From NCBI GenBank assembly GCA_020073005.1, contig JAIQFX010000027.1, forward strand, positions 120 through 64,119: DNA of 64,000 bases. The letters are read 5' to 3'. The stretch comes from Terriglobia bacterium (GTDB taxonomy: Bacteria > Acidobacteriota > Vicinamibacteria > Vicinamibacterales > CAVVIG01). The notes below the pieces were generated by a model that searched no databases, was not told the DNA's origin, and saw only the letters and a list, made by a program, of their open reading frames with translations. Below are positions 53,826 through 63,254 of this stretch, piece by piece; the first letter of the stretch is position 1, and the number at the start of each line of letters is the position of its first letter. The translations under genes and the position numbers were made by a program.

Positions 53826-55786
53826 ACGAGCGCCACCCACGAGAGCAGGCAATCCTCCAGCCAGACCATCCACTTCAGCGACCACTTCGTCGCCGCCGCC
53901 GATCCCTTCGGCTTGAGTGTCTTCGAGTTGTTCGTGTAGTCGACGTCGAGCAGCAGCACGCGATTCGGATCGACCTGCGCCGACAGCGCCGCCGCGGGGC
54001 GCTGGTACGTGTAGAGCTTCCAGCGATCCGTGCCGTCCCAATGTTCGGTGACGTGGTCGCCGCCCGTGAACGTCACGAGCACGTCGACGGGGAAGATCGC
54101 TTCGCCGTACCGCCGCACGATGACCGTCGTCCGGTAGCCGTCGCCCTCGCGCGCGGTCTGCAGACTCTGCACGCCGTAGTCGAAGACGTTCGAGCTGCGG
54201 TAGACCTGATCGAAGAACGGCGTCAGGTCGCGGCCGGCGACGGCCGAGGCGGTGTCGAAGAAATCCTGCGGCGCGGGATGCTTGAACTTCCACTTCTCGA
54301 AATGCGCCGCCATGATGCGCTGCACCGTGGGCCAGCCGATCCAGCGCTCGAGCGTATTCAGCCAGAGCCCCGTCTTGTTGTACGTGATGCTGCCGCCGGT
54401 GGACGGAAAGTACCGGAACGTCGGCGTCGACTGCGCGTCGGTGCGCGCGTCTCGACGGTAGCCCGCGAGCCGGTTGCCGTCGGTCTCGCGACTGACGACG
54501 ACGTCCTTGAACACCCACGGGATGAAGCCGCCGAAGTACCGGACGGCAAGGTAGTTGGGATCGTAGACCTGCGCGATGGCGCGCGCCGTGGAGAACGTGT
54601 TGAAGCCCTCGTCCATCCACGCGTCTTCGAATTCGTTGTTGCCCACGATGCCGTACCAGAACTGGTGGCCGGCTTCGTGCACGGTGACGCCTTCGGGCGT
54701 CGTCACGTGCGCCGGCGCGAGCCACCGCGTGCCGGCGGTGAAGAGCGTCGGATACTCCATGCCGCCGGCGCCGCTCTGGAACGCGGGATCGACGATCGTG
54801 ATGTGCCCGTACGGATACGCGCCGTACCACTCGCCGTAGTACTTGAGCGTCGTCCGCGTCGCGTCGAAGTGCCGCGCTTCCTGGCCGGCGTGCTCCGGCT
54901 GCAGCAGCAGGCGCATGTCGACCGGCGGCAGCGTCGGATGCTCGAAGCGCGCGGTGCGCACGAGATAGTCCGGACTCGTCGTCCACGCGAAGTCGTGCAC
55001 GTCCTCCTGGTAGTAGCGATGCGTAGTCGTGCCGTCGGCCCCGGAGACATTGTCGCGCTTCTCGCGCAGCACGCCGGTCGCGCCCACGACGAAGGCCTTC
55101 GGCAGGGTCAACGAGACGTCGTAGACGCCGTAGTCGGAGAAGAACTCCGTACCGGAATGGAATTGATGACAGTTCCAGCCGGCGTCCTGCAAGACGCCGA
55201 GCTTGGGAAACCACTGCGCGATGAAGAAGACGTTGCCGATGGCGCCCGTGCGCGCGAACGTTCGCGGCACGTGTGCGGTCCACTTCACTTCGATCGTCAG
55301 CGTCTCGCCTGGCGCGACCGGCTGCGGCAGCGGCACGGCCATCACCGTCTCGTCGTCGGGGTTGTCATCGTCTGGCGCGATGAAGCGCTTCGACGCCGTC
55401 AGCGCCGCGGGCGCGGATCCGGATCGCGAGACGACGATCGACGAGACGTCGATGCGCGACCAATCGTCGGCGGCGGGAGACTGTCCGCCGCCCTGCCGCG
55501 AGAAGGCGCGCTCGCGCATGAACGTCGATCGCGCGTTCTTCCACGCGTTCCAGTAGAGATGGAACTCGAGATCGGCCGCGGGCGTCGCCGTGATGTTGCG
55601 CCAGACGATGGTCTCGGAGCCGGTGATCGTGCGCGTCGCCGGATCGAGTTGCGCGGCGATCGTGTAGTTGGCGTTGCGCGGCGAGAGCGGCGGAGCGATC
55701 GCGCCGGTCGTGCCCGGCTGGGCCGACGCCCGCGAAGTTGCCGCGGTCAGAACGATCGCCATCAGCGCACGGCGCATCCGCTGCAT
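53822..55786 (-). CDS. M1 family zinc metallopeptidase (secreted)
   Basis: Signal peptide 'ALMAIVLTAATSRASA', 'HEAGHQFWYG' and 'WMDEGFNTF' (HExxH-x18-E). Confidence 0.85.
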   Translation of the reverse strand: MQRMRRALMAIVLTAATSRASAQPGTTGAIAPPLSPRNANYTIAAQLDPATRTITGSETIVWRNITATPAADLEFHLYWNAWKNARSTFMRERAFSRQGGGQSPAADDWSRIDVSSIVVSRSGSAPAALTASKRFIAPDDDNPDDETVMAVPLPQPVAPGETLTIEVKWTAHVPRTFARTGAIGNVFFIAQWFPKLGVLQDAGWNCHQFHSGTEFFSDYGVYDVSLTLPKAFVVGATGVLREKRDNVSGADGTTTHRYYQEDVHDFAWTTSPDYLVRTARFEHPTLPPVDMRLLLQPEHAGQEARHFDATRTTLKYYGEWYGAYPYGHITIVDPAFQSGAGGMEYPTLFTAGTRWLAPAHVTTPEGVTVHEAGHQFWYGIVGNNEFEDAWMDEGFNTFSTARAIAQVYDPNYLAVRYFGGFIPWVFKDVVVSRETDGNRLAGYRRDARTDAQSTPTFRYFPSTGGSITYNKTGLWLNTLERWIGWPTVQRIMAAHFEKWKFKHPAPQDFFDTASAVAGRDLTPFFDQVYRSSNVFDYGVQSLQTAREGDGYRTTVIVRRYGEAIFPVDVLVTFTGGDHVTEHWDGTDRWKLYTYQRPAAALSAQVDPNRVLLLDVDYTNNSKTLKPKGSAAATKWSLKWMVWLEDCLLSWVALV

Positions 55787-55847
55787 GCTACACCAGGCTC
55801 GGGCGGGAGCCCATGGACGCCGTGCATGCCGGTGGCCGGCCTCGCGC

Positions 55848-55853
55848 TATAAT
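55848..55853 (+). promoter_or_regulatory. -10 TATAAT, 9 nt upstream of ATG 55863 (leaderless candidate)
   Basis: gcgctataatccgattcttATG, with no SD. Confidence 0.4.
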
Positions 55854-55862
55854 CCGATTCTT

Positions 55863-56867
55863 ATGCCGCACATCAAAGTCATGCACTTCGGGCTCGGCCC
55901 GATTGGCGCCGCCATCGTCAAGCAGGTGGCCGCGCGCCCCGGTTTCAAGATCGTGGGCGCGATCGACATCGACGCCGCCAAGATCGGCCGCGATCTCGGC
56001 GACGTCGTCGGGCTGCCGAAGCGCCTGGACGTCAAGGTCTCCGGCGACGCGGCGAAGGCGCTGAAGTCGGCGAAGCCGGACGTCGTCGTGCTGTGCACGA
56101 ACTCGTCGATCAAGAAGGTGATGCCGCAGATCGAGACGATCCTCAAGGCGAAGTGCGCGATCGTCTCGACGACCGAGGAGCTGTCGTACCCGAGCTACAC
56201 GCACGTGCGGCCGTCGAAGCAGATCGACGCCTGGGCGAAGAAGGCCAAGGTCGCCGTGCTCGGCACCGGCGTCAATCCGGGCTTCGCGATGGACGCGCTG
56301 CCCATCGCGCTGACTGCGGTCTGCGAGCGCGTCGATCGCGTCGCGGTCCAGCGCGTGCAGGACGCGCGCATCCGCCGGCTGCCGTTCCAGCAGAAGATCG
56401 GCGCGGGCCTGACGACCGAGCAGTTCCAGAAGAAGGTGGAGGACGGAAGCGTCCGCCACGTCGGCCTGACGGAATCGATCGCGATGATCGCCGACGCGCT
56501 CGGCTGGCGGCTCGATCGCATCACGGACGAGATTCAGCCGAAGCTCGCCACCGTGACGATCTCGAGCGAGTTCCTCGCAGTCGATCCGGGGTACGTCTGC
56601 GGGATCATTCAGGACGGCGTCGGGTACCGCAAGGGCGAGCCCGCGATTCGCCTGCACATGGAGGCGTATCTCGGATCGCCGGAGACCTATGACGCGGTGG
56701 AGATTGAAGGATCGCCGAGTCTGTCGATGAAGATCGCCGGCGGCATCCACGGCGACGTGGCGACCGCCTCGATCGTCGTCAACTCGATCCCGAAGGTGCT
56801 GAGCGCGGCGCCCGGCCTGCACACGATGCGCGACCTCGCGCTGCCGTCGTTCTATCCGGGAAAATGA
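55863..56867 (+). CDS. DapB-like NAD(P)-dependent (amine) dehydrogenase family protein
   Basis: 'KVMHFGLGPIGAAI' Rossmann motif, with the overall pattern of the dihydrodipicolinate reductase-like / 2,4-diaminopentanoate dehydrogenase family. Confidence 0.6.
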   Translation: MPHIKVMHFGLGPIGAAIVKQVAARPGFKIVGAIDIDAAKIGRDLGDVVGLPKRLDVKVSGDAAKALKSAKPDVVVLCTNSSIKKVMPQIETILKAKCAIVSTTEELSYPSYTHVRPSKQIDAWAKKAKVAVLGTGVNPGFAMDALPIALTAVCERVDRVAVQRVQDARIRRLPFQQKIGAGLTTEQFQKKVEDGSVRHVGLTESIAMIADALGWRLDRITDEIQPKLATVTISSEFLAVDPGYVCGIIQDGVGYRKGEPAIRLHMEAYLGSPETYDAVEIEGSPSLSMKIAGGIHGDVATASIVVNSIPKVLSAAPGLHTMRDLALPSFYPGK

Positions 56868-56871
56868 TTCT

Positions 56872-56889
56872 GTCCGCCTGAAGGCGGAC
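56872..56889. terminator. GTCCGCCTGAAGGCGGAC hairpin after the stop of the + gene
   Basis: 7-bp stem with a 4-nt loop, 5 nt after TGA 56865-56867. There is no U-tract. Confidence 0.35.
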
Positions 56890-56908
56890 CCCACGACAGT
56901 GATTGGAT

Positions 56909-56934
56909 CCGTGGCGTCCGGCTTCAGCCGGACC
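56909..56934. repeat. CCGTGGC-GTCCGGCTTCAGCCGGACC unit abutting the stop of the minus-strand gene
   Basis: ccgtggcgtccggcttcagccggacc, immediately followed by TAA (minus strand) 56935-56937. Confidence 0.75.
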
Positions 56935-57261
56935 TTACCGCCTGCGCCGGTCGCGGCCGGTCCGGCGCTCGCCTTTTCGTCGCTCGACGCCGGTCGGACT
57001 GCCGAGATTCACTTTGCGGCGGTCGGCGTTGCGCCGCCGTTCCGCCGCGCGCCGTTCGCGCTCCGCCTTGGTAGCCGCCGCGGCCGCGGTCTTCGAGGCC
57101 GCCGCCATCTCCCGCTGCACCCGCGTCGCGCGTCGCGTCGGATCCAGGACGTCCAGCAATCCCTCGTAAATCGCCTTCGTGCGCGGGCCGTTGTCGCCTG
57201 CAGCAATCCGCTCGCGCATGTAACTCGCGGCGGACTTGATGTTCTCGCTCTGCCAACTCAT
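56935..57261 (-). CDS. hypothetical small basic protein
   Basis: 108 aa from ATG 57261, with an Arg-rich C-terminus containing 'ERRxxxDRR'-like repeats. Confidence 0.45.
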   Translation of the reverse strand: MSWQSENIKSAASYMRERIAAGDNGPRTKAIYEGLLDVLDPTRRATRVQREMAAASKTAAAAATKAERERRAAERRRNADRRKVNLGSPTGVERRKGERRTGRDRRRR

Positions 57262-57437
57262 ATGCCAAGACTGTAACCTATGGGCGCGCCGCAGCCGCAC
57301 ACTGTGCGATTACGATTCTGTCGGATACGCTTCCTCCCATAGATCATCTTTGCAGGAAATCCAGCGTGTCCTCCAATGCCGCTCGGGCGGAAGTCCGCTG
57401 CACAACTTTATTCCCATAGATTGTCTAGTGGAGTAAG

Positions 57438-57794
57438 ATGCCGGCCATGCCGAAGCGGGGAAATCCGCCCATCCAGGGAGAGATGCTGCAGGGCACGCTC
57501 GACCTGCTCATCCTCAAGACGCTCGTCGTCGGTCCGGCGCACGGGCACACCATCGCGTACGCCATCGAGCATCGATCGGAGGACGTGCTGCAGGTGGAGC
57601 ACGGGTCGCTCTATCCCGCGCTGCACCGGCTCGAGGACCGCGGGTGGATCGCGTCGTTCTGGGGCACGTCGGAGAACAACCGCAAGGCGCGCTACTACCG
57701 GCTGACGCCGAAGGGCCGCAAGCAGCTCACCGCGCAGACGAGCCGCTGGGACGAGATCGTCCGCGCGGTCAACCGCATTCTGAGACCCGCGTGA
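57438..57794 (+). CDS. PadR family transcriptional regulator
   Basis: '[23 protein letters not shown]' and '[16 protein letters not shown]...[12 protein letters not shown]'. Confidence 0.9.
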   Translation: MPAMPKRGNPPIQGEMLQGTLDLLILKTLVVGPAHGHTIAYAIEHRSEDVLQVEHGSLYPALHRLEDRGWIASFWGTSENNRKARYYRLTPKGRKQLTAQTSRWDEIVRAVNRILRPA

Positions 57795-60487
57795 GCCTCA
57801 GGCGATTCTTCCGCCGGTCCCGCTGGGATGACGAGCGCGCGCGCGAGCTCGAGGCGCATCTCGCCATCGAGAGAGACGAGAACGTCGCGCGCGGGATGAC
57901 GCCGGACGAGGCGTGGGACGCCGCGCGCCGCAAGCTCGGCAACGCCACGCTCGTTCGGGAGGAGATCTACCGCATGAACACGATTGCGGTGCTCGAGACC
58001 GTCTGGCAGGACCTGCGCCACGGCGTGCGCCTGCTGCGACTGAATCCCGCGTTCGCCCTCGTCGCGATCCTGTCGCTCGCGCTCGGCGTCGGCGCCAACA
58101 CCGCGATCTTCCAGCTGCTGGACGCCGTGCGGCTCCGAACGCTGCCGGTCCAGAATCCGCGGCAGCTCGCCGAAGTGCGCATCGCCGTCGCGAAGGGCGG
58201 ACGCACGGGACATTTCACCAGCCGCCGCCCCATGCTCACGTATCCGATCTGGGAACAGATCCGCGATCGCCAGCAGGCGTTCTCGAGCGCGTTCGTCTGG
58301 GCCGCGAACGACTTCAACCTCACGACCGGCGGCGAGGGCCGCTACGCGCAGGGCCTGTGGGTGAGCGGCGACTTCTTCCAGACGCTCGGCGTGGCGGCGC
58401 TCGCCGGCCGCGTGCTGACGCGGGAAGACGATCGGCCCGGATGCGCGGCGCCGCCCGCCGTGATCAGCTCCGGCTTCTGGCAGCGCGAGTACGGCGGCGA
58501 GCCGTCGATCCTCGGACGCCAGATCCTGCTCGACGGCCACGCGTACGCCGTCGCCGGCGTGACGCCGCCGTCGTTCTTCGGCGTCGAAGTCGGCCGTGCG
58601 TTCGACGTCGCGATCCCGCTCTGCGCCGAGCCGCTGAGCCTCGGCGCCGACAGCGCGATCACCAGACCCGCGTCGTGGTTCCTGGCGATGTTCGGGCGGC
58701 TGAAACCGGGATGGACGGTGGAGAGCGCCGGCGCGCATCTCGCCACGCTCTCGGCGGCGATCTTCGCCGGGACCGTGCCGTCCGACTACCGCGCCGACGA
58801 CGCGGAGCACTACCGCGCGTTCAAGCTCGGCGCCTTCGCGGCGGACACCGGCGTCTCGAACCTGCGGCGCGATTACGAGTCGCCGTTGTGGCTCCTCCTC
58901 GGCACGACGGGACTGGTGCTGGTGATCGCGTGCGCCAATCTCGCCAACCTCATGCTCGCGCGCGCGACGGCGCGTGAGCGCGAGGTCGCCGTGCGGCTCG
59001 CCATCGGCGCGTCCCGCTGGCGCGTCGTCCGGCAGCTGCTCGCCGAGAGCCTGCTGCTCGCGGTCGCCGGCGCGGCCGCCGGCGCGCTGATCGCCCGCTG
59101 GCTGAGCGCGTTTCTGGTGGGCCTGCTCGCCACCGATCGCGATCCGATCTTCGTCGCGCTCGCGATCGACTGGCGCGTCTTCGCGTTCACCGCGGCGCTC
59201 GCCGTGCTGACGTGCGCCGTGTTCGGCCTCGCCCCGGCCATTCGCGTCACCGGACTGTCGCCGGGCGCGGCGATGAAGGCGGGCAGCCGCGGCAGCACGG
59301 ACGCGCGCGAGCGGTTCGGCCTGCGGCGCGCGCTCGTCGTCGCGCAGGTCGCGCTGTCGCTCGTGCTCGTGGCCGGCGCGCTGCTGTTCGTACGCAGCTT
59401 CCGCAACCTGATGACGGTCGACGCCGGGTTCCGTCAGGACGGCGTGCTCATGGTGCGGATGGATCTCACGCACACCGGCGTTCCGGCCGGACGCCAGATC
59501 GCGTTCCGTCAGGAGATCGTCGACCGGCTCGCGGCGCTGCCCGGCGTGACGTCGGCCGCGCAGACGAGGATGGTGCCGACGGGCGGCGGCTTCTGGAACG
59601 AGAACATCGTCGTGGCCGGCAAGGTTCTGCCGGATTACATCAACCTCAACGTCGTCAGCCCCGGGTACTTCAAGACGCTGGGCATGCCGATCCTGAACGG
59701 CCGTGACTTCGACGTCCGGCTCGACACGCCCGCGTCGGAGAACGTCGTGATCGTCAACCAGGCCTTCGCACGGAAAGTCTGGCCGGATCAGAATCCGATC
59801 GGGGAGGCGTTCCAGATCGACGAACCGCCAGGCGTGCCGCGTCCCGTGTTCCGGGTGATCGCGATCGTCAAGGACTCGAAGTACGACGATCTGCGAGAGA
59901 CGTTCGGTCCCATCGGCTTCTTCGCGGCGGCGCAGAATCCGAAGCCCCGTCCCGAGCTCCGCGTGGCGCTGCGTTACGAGGCGCCGACGGCGGCCGTTAC
60001 CGCCGCGGTGACCGGCGCCATGGCGGCGCTCGACCGCTCGATCGAGCTGCAGTTCCAGACGCTGGAAGCGCAGATTCGCAACTCGCTGCTGCGCGAGCGG
60101 CTGATGGCCACGCTTTCCGGCATCTTCGGCGCGCTCGCGGGCCTCATCGCCGCGATCGGTCTGTACGGCGTGATGTCGTACATGGTCGCGCGGCGCCGGA
60201 ACGAAATCGGCATTCGCATGGCGCTTGGCGCCGGCCGCGCGGACGTCCTGCGGATGGTGCTGCGCGAAGCCGGTGGGCTGCTCGCGGCCGGACTCGCGAT
60301 CGGGCTCGTGCTCGCCGTGGCGGCCTCGACGACGGCGCAGTCGCTGCTCTTCGGGTTGAAGCCGTGGGATCCCGCGACGCTCGCGCTCGGCGCCATCGGC
60401 CTCGGCGCCGTCGCGATGCTCGCGAGCTACCTGCCCGCGCTGCGCGCGTCGCGCCTCGAACCGACCGAAGCGCTACGCGAGGAGTAG
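57791..60487 (+). CDS. duplicated MacB-type ABC permease (ADOP family)
   Basis: N-terminal '[21 protein letters not shown]', '[26 protein letters not shown]', and two MacB-PCD/FtsX modules. GTGA overlap with the PadR stop. Confidence 0.85.
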   Translation: MSLRRFFRRSRWDDERARELEAHLAIERDENVARGMTPDEAWDAARRKLGNATLVREEIYRMNTIAVLETVWQDLRHGVRLLRLNPAFALVAILSLALGVGANTAIFQLLDAVRLRTLPVQNPRQLAEVRIAVAKGGRTGHFTSRRPMLTYPIWEQIRDRQQAFSSAFVWAANDFNLTTGGEGRYAQGLWVSGDFFQTLGVAALAGRVLTREDDRPGCAAPPAVISSGFWQREYGGEPSILGRQILLDGHAYAVAGVTPPSFFGVEVGRAFDVAIPLCAEPLSLGADSAITRPASWFLAMFGRLKPGWTVESAGAHLATLSAAIFAGTVPSDYRADDAEHYRAFKLGAFAADTGVSNLRRDYESPLWLLLGTTGLVLVIACANLANLMLARATAREREVAVRLAIGASRWRVVRQLLAESLLLAVAGAAAGALIARWLSAFLVGLLATDRDPIFVALAIDWRVFAFTAALAVLTCAVFGLAPAIRVTGLSPGAAMKAGSRGSTDARERFGLRRALVVAQVALSLVLVAGALLFVRSFRNLMTVDAGFRQDGVLMVRMDLTHTGVPAGRQIAFRQEIVDRLAALPGVTSAAQTRMVPTGGGFWNENIVVAGKVLPDYINLNVVSPGYFKTLGMPILNGRDFDVRLDTPASENVVIVNQAFARKVWPDQNPIGEAFQIDEPPGVPRPVFRVIAIVKDSKYDDLRETFGPIGFFAAAQNPKPRPELRVALRYEAPTAAVTAAVTGAMAALDRSIELQFQTLEAQIRNSLLRERLMATLSGIFGALAGLIAAIGLYGVMSYMVARRRNEIGIRMALGAGRADVLRMVLREAGGLLAAGLAIGLVLAVAASTTAQSLLFGLKPWDPATLALGAIGLGAVAMLASYLPALRASRLEPTEALREE

Positions 60488-60925
60488 CGGCGGGAACGGC
60501 CGCGCGAACGAGAACGCGTGCTGGCTGTCGCCGTGCGTACGGAGATAGGCGAGCTTCTTCTTCGCTTCCTCGACCGTCGGCTCGTGGCCGGCGGGAATCC
60601 ACCACATCGCCTGAAACGGTCCGTCGAATTTCTCGAACCACGAACTGCGCGCGCGCAGCAGCTCGCGGTGCGCGCTCGTGTACGCGTAGCGCTGCAGCGC
60701 CTCGACCGACGTCCAGACCGACATGTTGAAGATGATCAGCGGGTCGTCGTACGGCCGCAGGTACGTCGCGTTGCCGCCCTCGCCCTGGAAGCGCCACACG
60801 AAGCCCTCGCTCGCCTCGGCGAGCGCGTTGATCTCCGCGAGCCGCGCGACGAAGCCCGCCATGATCGGCGAATCGATCGGCGCGCGCATGCGCCCGATGT
60901 TCATCTGCGCGAGGTGAAGTGTCAT
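60473..60925 (-). CDS. DUF3291-like protein
   Basis: 'HLAQMNIGRMRAPIDSPIMAGFVARLAEINALAEASEGFVWR'. ATG 60925 was chosen. Confidence 0.6.
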   Translation of the reverse strand: MTLHLAQMNIGRMRAPIDSPIMAGFVARLAEINALAEASEGFVWRFQGEGGNATYLRPYDDPLIIFNMSVWTSVEALQRYAYTSAHRELLRARSSWFEKFDGPFQAMWWIPAGHEPTVEEAKKKLAYLRTHGDSQHAFSFARPFPPLLLA

Positions 60926-60928
60926 AAT
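60923..60928 (+). promoter_or_regulatory. -10-like CATAAT, 10 nt upstream of ATG 60939
   Basis: gtcataatcgaccgattgATG. It overlaps the start codon of the divergent gene. Confidence 0.3.
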
Positions 60929-60938
60929 CGACCGATTG

Positions 60939-61403
60939 ATGCAGATTATCGCGAAATGCCCGGCGTGCGACGCCGGGTTGCCCGTCTCCGCCCGTGAAGC
61001 GCCGTCCGCGATCAAGTGCGGCGGCTGCGGCCGCGACATCCCGCTGACGTTCTCCGAGGATCTGAAGGCCGACCGCGCGATCGATCGCTGTCCCGTCTGC
61101 GAGGGAACCGACTTCTATATCCGCAAGGATTTCGATCCGAAGATCGGCCTCACCGTCGTCGTCATCGGCGCGATCATCAGCGGCATCTTCTACTGGTTCG
61201 GCAAGGACCTCGTCGCCTACAGCATTCTCGCCGCCGCCGCGCTGATCGATCTCGTCGTCTACGGCCGGCTGAAGGATCTCACGGTCTGCTATCGCTGCCA
61301 CAGCGAATTCCGCGGCGCGTACGAACGCAAGGCGCCCGCATTCGATCTGCATACCGCGGATGTTCTTGAACTGGAGTATGAGAGGCGGATAGGACGTCGG
61401 TGA
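60939..61403 (+). CDS. hypothetical zinc-ribbon membrane protein
   Basis: 'CPACDAG...CGGCG', 'CPVCEG' and 'CYRCHSEF', with two TM helices. Confidence 0.5.
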   Translation: MQIIAKCPACDAGLPVSAREAPSAIKCGGCGRDIPLTFSEDLKADRAIDRCPVCEGTDFYIRKDFDPKIGLTVVVIGAIISGIFYWFGKDLVAYSILAAAALIDLVVYGRLKDLTVCYRCHSEFRGAYERKAPAFDLHTADVLELEYERRIGRR

Positions 61404-61508
61404 ATTGGGTGAGTGAGTAGTTGGGTAATTGAGTAATCGCGGCGGCATTTCGCCGCGGGCGACGCAGCCATTACCCAATTACCCAACTTCCCACTTACCC
61501 AATTCACC
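61400..61508. repeat. cargo-less inverted GGGTAATT arrays: about 39-nt imperfect hairpin spanning the gap between convergent stop codons
   Basis: Left arm is gtgaattgggtgagtgagtagttgggtaattgagtaat. The right arm's reverse complement is ggtgaattgggtaagtgggaagttgggtaattgggtaat. The arms touch TGA 61401-61403 and TGA (minus strand) 61509-61511. Confidence 0.85.
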
Positions 61509-62714
61509 TCAGAAGAGCGTGACCATCACCATTGCCCGCTCTTCAACCACGCTTTGATCGCTCGGAATCTCTATATATCCATCCGCCTGCGACAGGCTCG
61601 TGATGTCGCCGGATCCCTTGAACGCCGGGAAGGCGATGCCGTTGCGCAGGCGGACCGTGTAGAACTGGTGCCGGCCCGCGGCCGACACGATCCGGCGGCC
61701 GAGCGGCGCCTGCACCGTGCGCGGCGTGTGCGGCGGCAGCCGCGCGATCGCGCGCAGGAACGGCACGAGCAGGATGTACGCGTTCGACAGGCACGACGTC
61801 GGGTTGCCGGGCATCCCGAAAAACGGCGTGCCCTTCACGCGCGCGAACGCGGTCGGCTTCCCGGGACGCACGGCGATGCCGTGAAAGATCATCTCGCCGC
61901 GCAGGGCGATCGCGTCGACGACGAGGTCGCGCTCGCCGACGGAGCTCCCGCCCGAGAACACGACGAGATCCATCTGCGCGCACGTGTCGAGCGCGGCGAC
62001 GAGCGCGTCGACCGTGTCCTGCGCCGGATGCTGCGGCTCCGGCACGCCGCCGTGCGCGGAAACGATCGCGCCGAGCGTGAAGCGGTTGACGTCGAAGATC
62101 TGTCCCGGCTTCGGCGTCCGGCCCGGCTCGACGACCTCGTTGCCCGTCGAGAGAATCGCGACGCGCGGCTTCGCGAACACCTCGACGTCCACGCAGCCGA
62201 TCGCCGCGAGCGCGCCGACGCGGCTGGGCGACAACACGTCGCCGGAGGAGATGACGCGATCGCCCGCGGCGATGTCCGCGCCTCGACGGCCGACGTGGTG
62301 TCCCGCCGTGGCCGGCGCGAAGATCTGGATCTCGTCGCCGGTCTTCGCCGTCTCCTCGACCATCACGACCGCATCCGCGCCGGCGGGAAGCGGTGCGCCC
62401 GTCGCGATCTCCGCGCACGTGCCCGGCGCGATCGTCACCGACGAAGGCTGTCCCGTGTAGATCCGGTCGAGCTGACGCAGTCGCGCGGGCGTGGACTTCG
62501 ACGCGCCGGCGGTGTCGGCCGCGACGACCGCGTAGCCGTCCATCGCCGATCGCGCGAACGGCGGCACGTCCATCGGCGCGGTGACGTCGGACGCGGCCAC
62601 TCGTCCGGCCGCGTGCTCGATCGCCACGCGCTCGGTGCGCGCGATCGGACGCACGGCGGCGTCGAGGCGGCGCCGCGCTTCGTCCAGCGAAATGGTTGAC
62701 GTGAAGGGTCTCAC
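61509..62714 (-). CDS. moeA: molybdopterin molybdotransferase
   Basis: 'FARSAMDGYAV', 'STGNEV' and 'GMPGNPTS'. Confidence 0.85.
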   Translation of the reverse strand: MRPFTSTISLDEARRRLDAAVRPIARTERVAIEHAAGRVAASDVTAPMDVPPFARSAMDGYAVVAADTAGASKSTPARLRQLDRIYTGQPSSVTIAPGTCAEIATGAPLPAGADAVVMVEETAKTGDEIQIFAPATAGHHVGRRGADIAAGDRVISSGDVLSPSRVGALAAIGCVDVEVFAKPRVAILSTGNEVVEPGRTPKPGQIFDVNRFTLGAIVSAHGGVPEPQHPAQDTVDALVAALDTCAQMDLVVFSGGSSVGERDLVVDAIALRGEMIFHGIAVRPGKPTAFARVKGTPFFGMPGNPTSCLSNAYILLVPFLRAIARLPPHTPRTVQAPLGRRIVSAAGRHQFYTVRLRNGIAFPAFKGSGDITSLSQADGYIEIPSDQSVVEERAMVMVTLF

Positions 62715-63214
62715 CGCGACGCTTGCTGGACGAGATGTCCGAGCTCAGGGATGATGAGTTTATCCATCGCAAGCCGGACCGCCGCTTCCGATCCCGGCAG
62801 CGCGATGACGATCCGTCCGGCGACGAGGCCGGCGCACGCGCGGCTCATCATCGCGGCGGATCCGATCTGCTGATAGCTCAACATGCGGAACAGCTCGCCG
62901 AAGCCGTCGAGCCGCTTCTGCAGCAGCGCCGTCACCGCTTCGTACGTCGTGTCGCGCGACGTGATGCCGGTACCGCCCGTCGTGATGACGACCTGCACGT
63001 CCGGGTTCGCGAGCTGCCGCTCGACCGCGCCTCGCACCAGCTCGGGCTCGTCCTTCACGATCACACGCCCGCAGACGAAGTGTCCGGCGGCCGTCAGCAG
63101 ATCGTTGATGGCGTCGCCGCTCCGGTCGGTCGGCGCGGTGCGCGTGTCGCTGACCGTGACGATGAAGCACCGCACCGACTGCGGCGCGCGCGCCTTGTGT
63201 TCGGCGTCTGACAC
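62711..63214 (-). CDS. moaB: MoaB/MogA-family molybdenum cofactor biosynthesis protein
   Basis: 'FIVTVSDTR' and 'VVITTGGTGITSRD'. GTG 63214 is preferred (TACAAT 6 nt upstream). ATG 63256 is the alternative. Confidence 0.75.
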   Translation of the reverse strand: MSDAEHKARAPQSVRCFIVTVSDTRTAPTDRSGDAINDLLTAAGHFVCGRVIVKDEPELVRGAVERQLANPDVQVVITTGGTGITSRDTTYEAVTALLQKRLDGFGELFRMLSYQQIGSAAMMSRACAGLVAGRIVIALPGSEAAVRLAMDKLIIPELGHLVQQASR

Positions 63215-63220
63215 GGGGCC

Positions 63221-63247
63221 ATTGTAGCGTGTGGCACGTGTTACGAT
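63221..63247. promoter_or_regulatory. back-to-back -10 boxes (TACAAT minus strand, TACGAT plus strand) for divergent leaderless candidates
   Basis: attgta 63221-63226 lies 6 nt from GTG 63214. tacgat 63242-63247 lies 7 nt from ATG 63255. Confidence 0.35.
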
Positions 63248-63254
63248 CCGCCCC

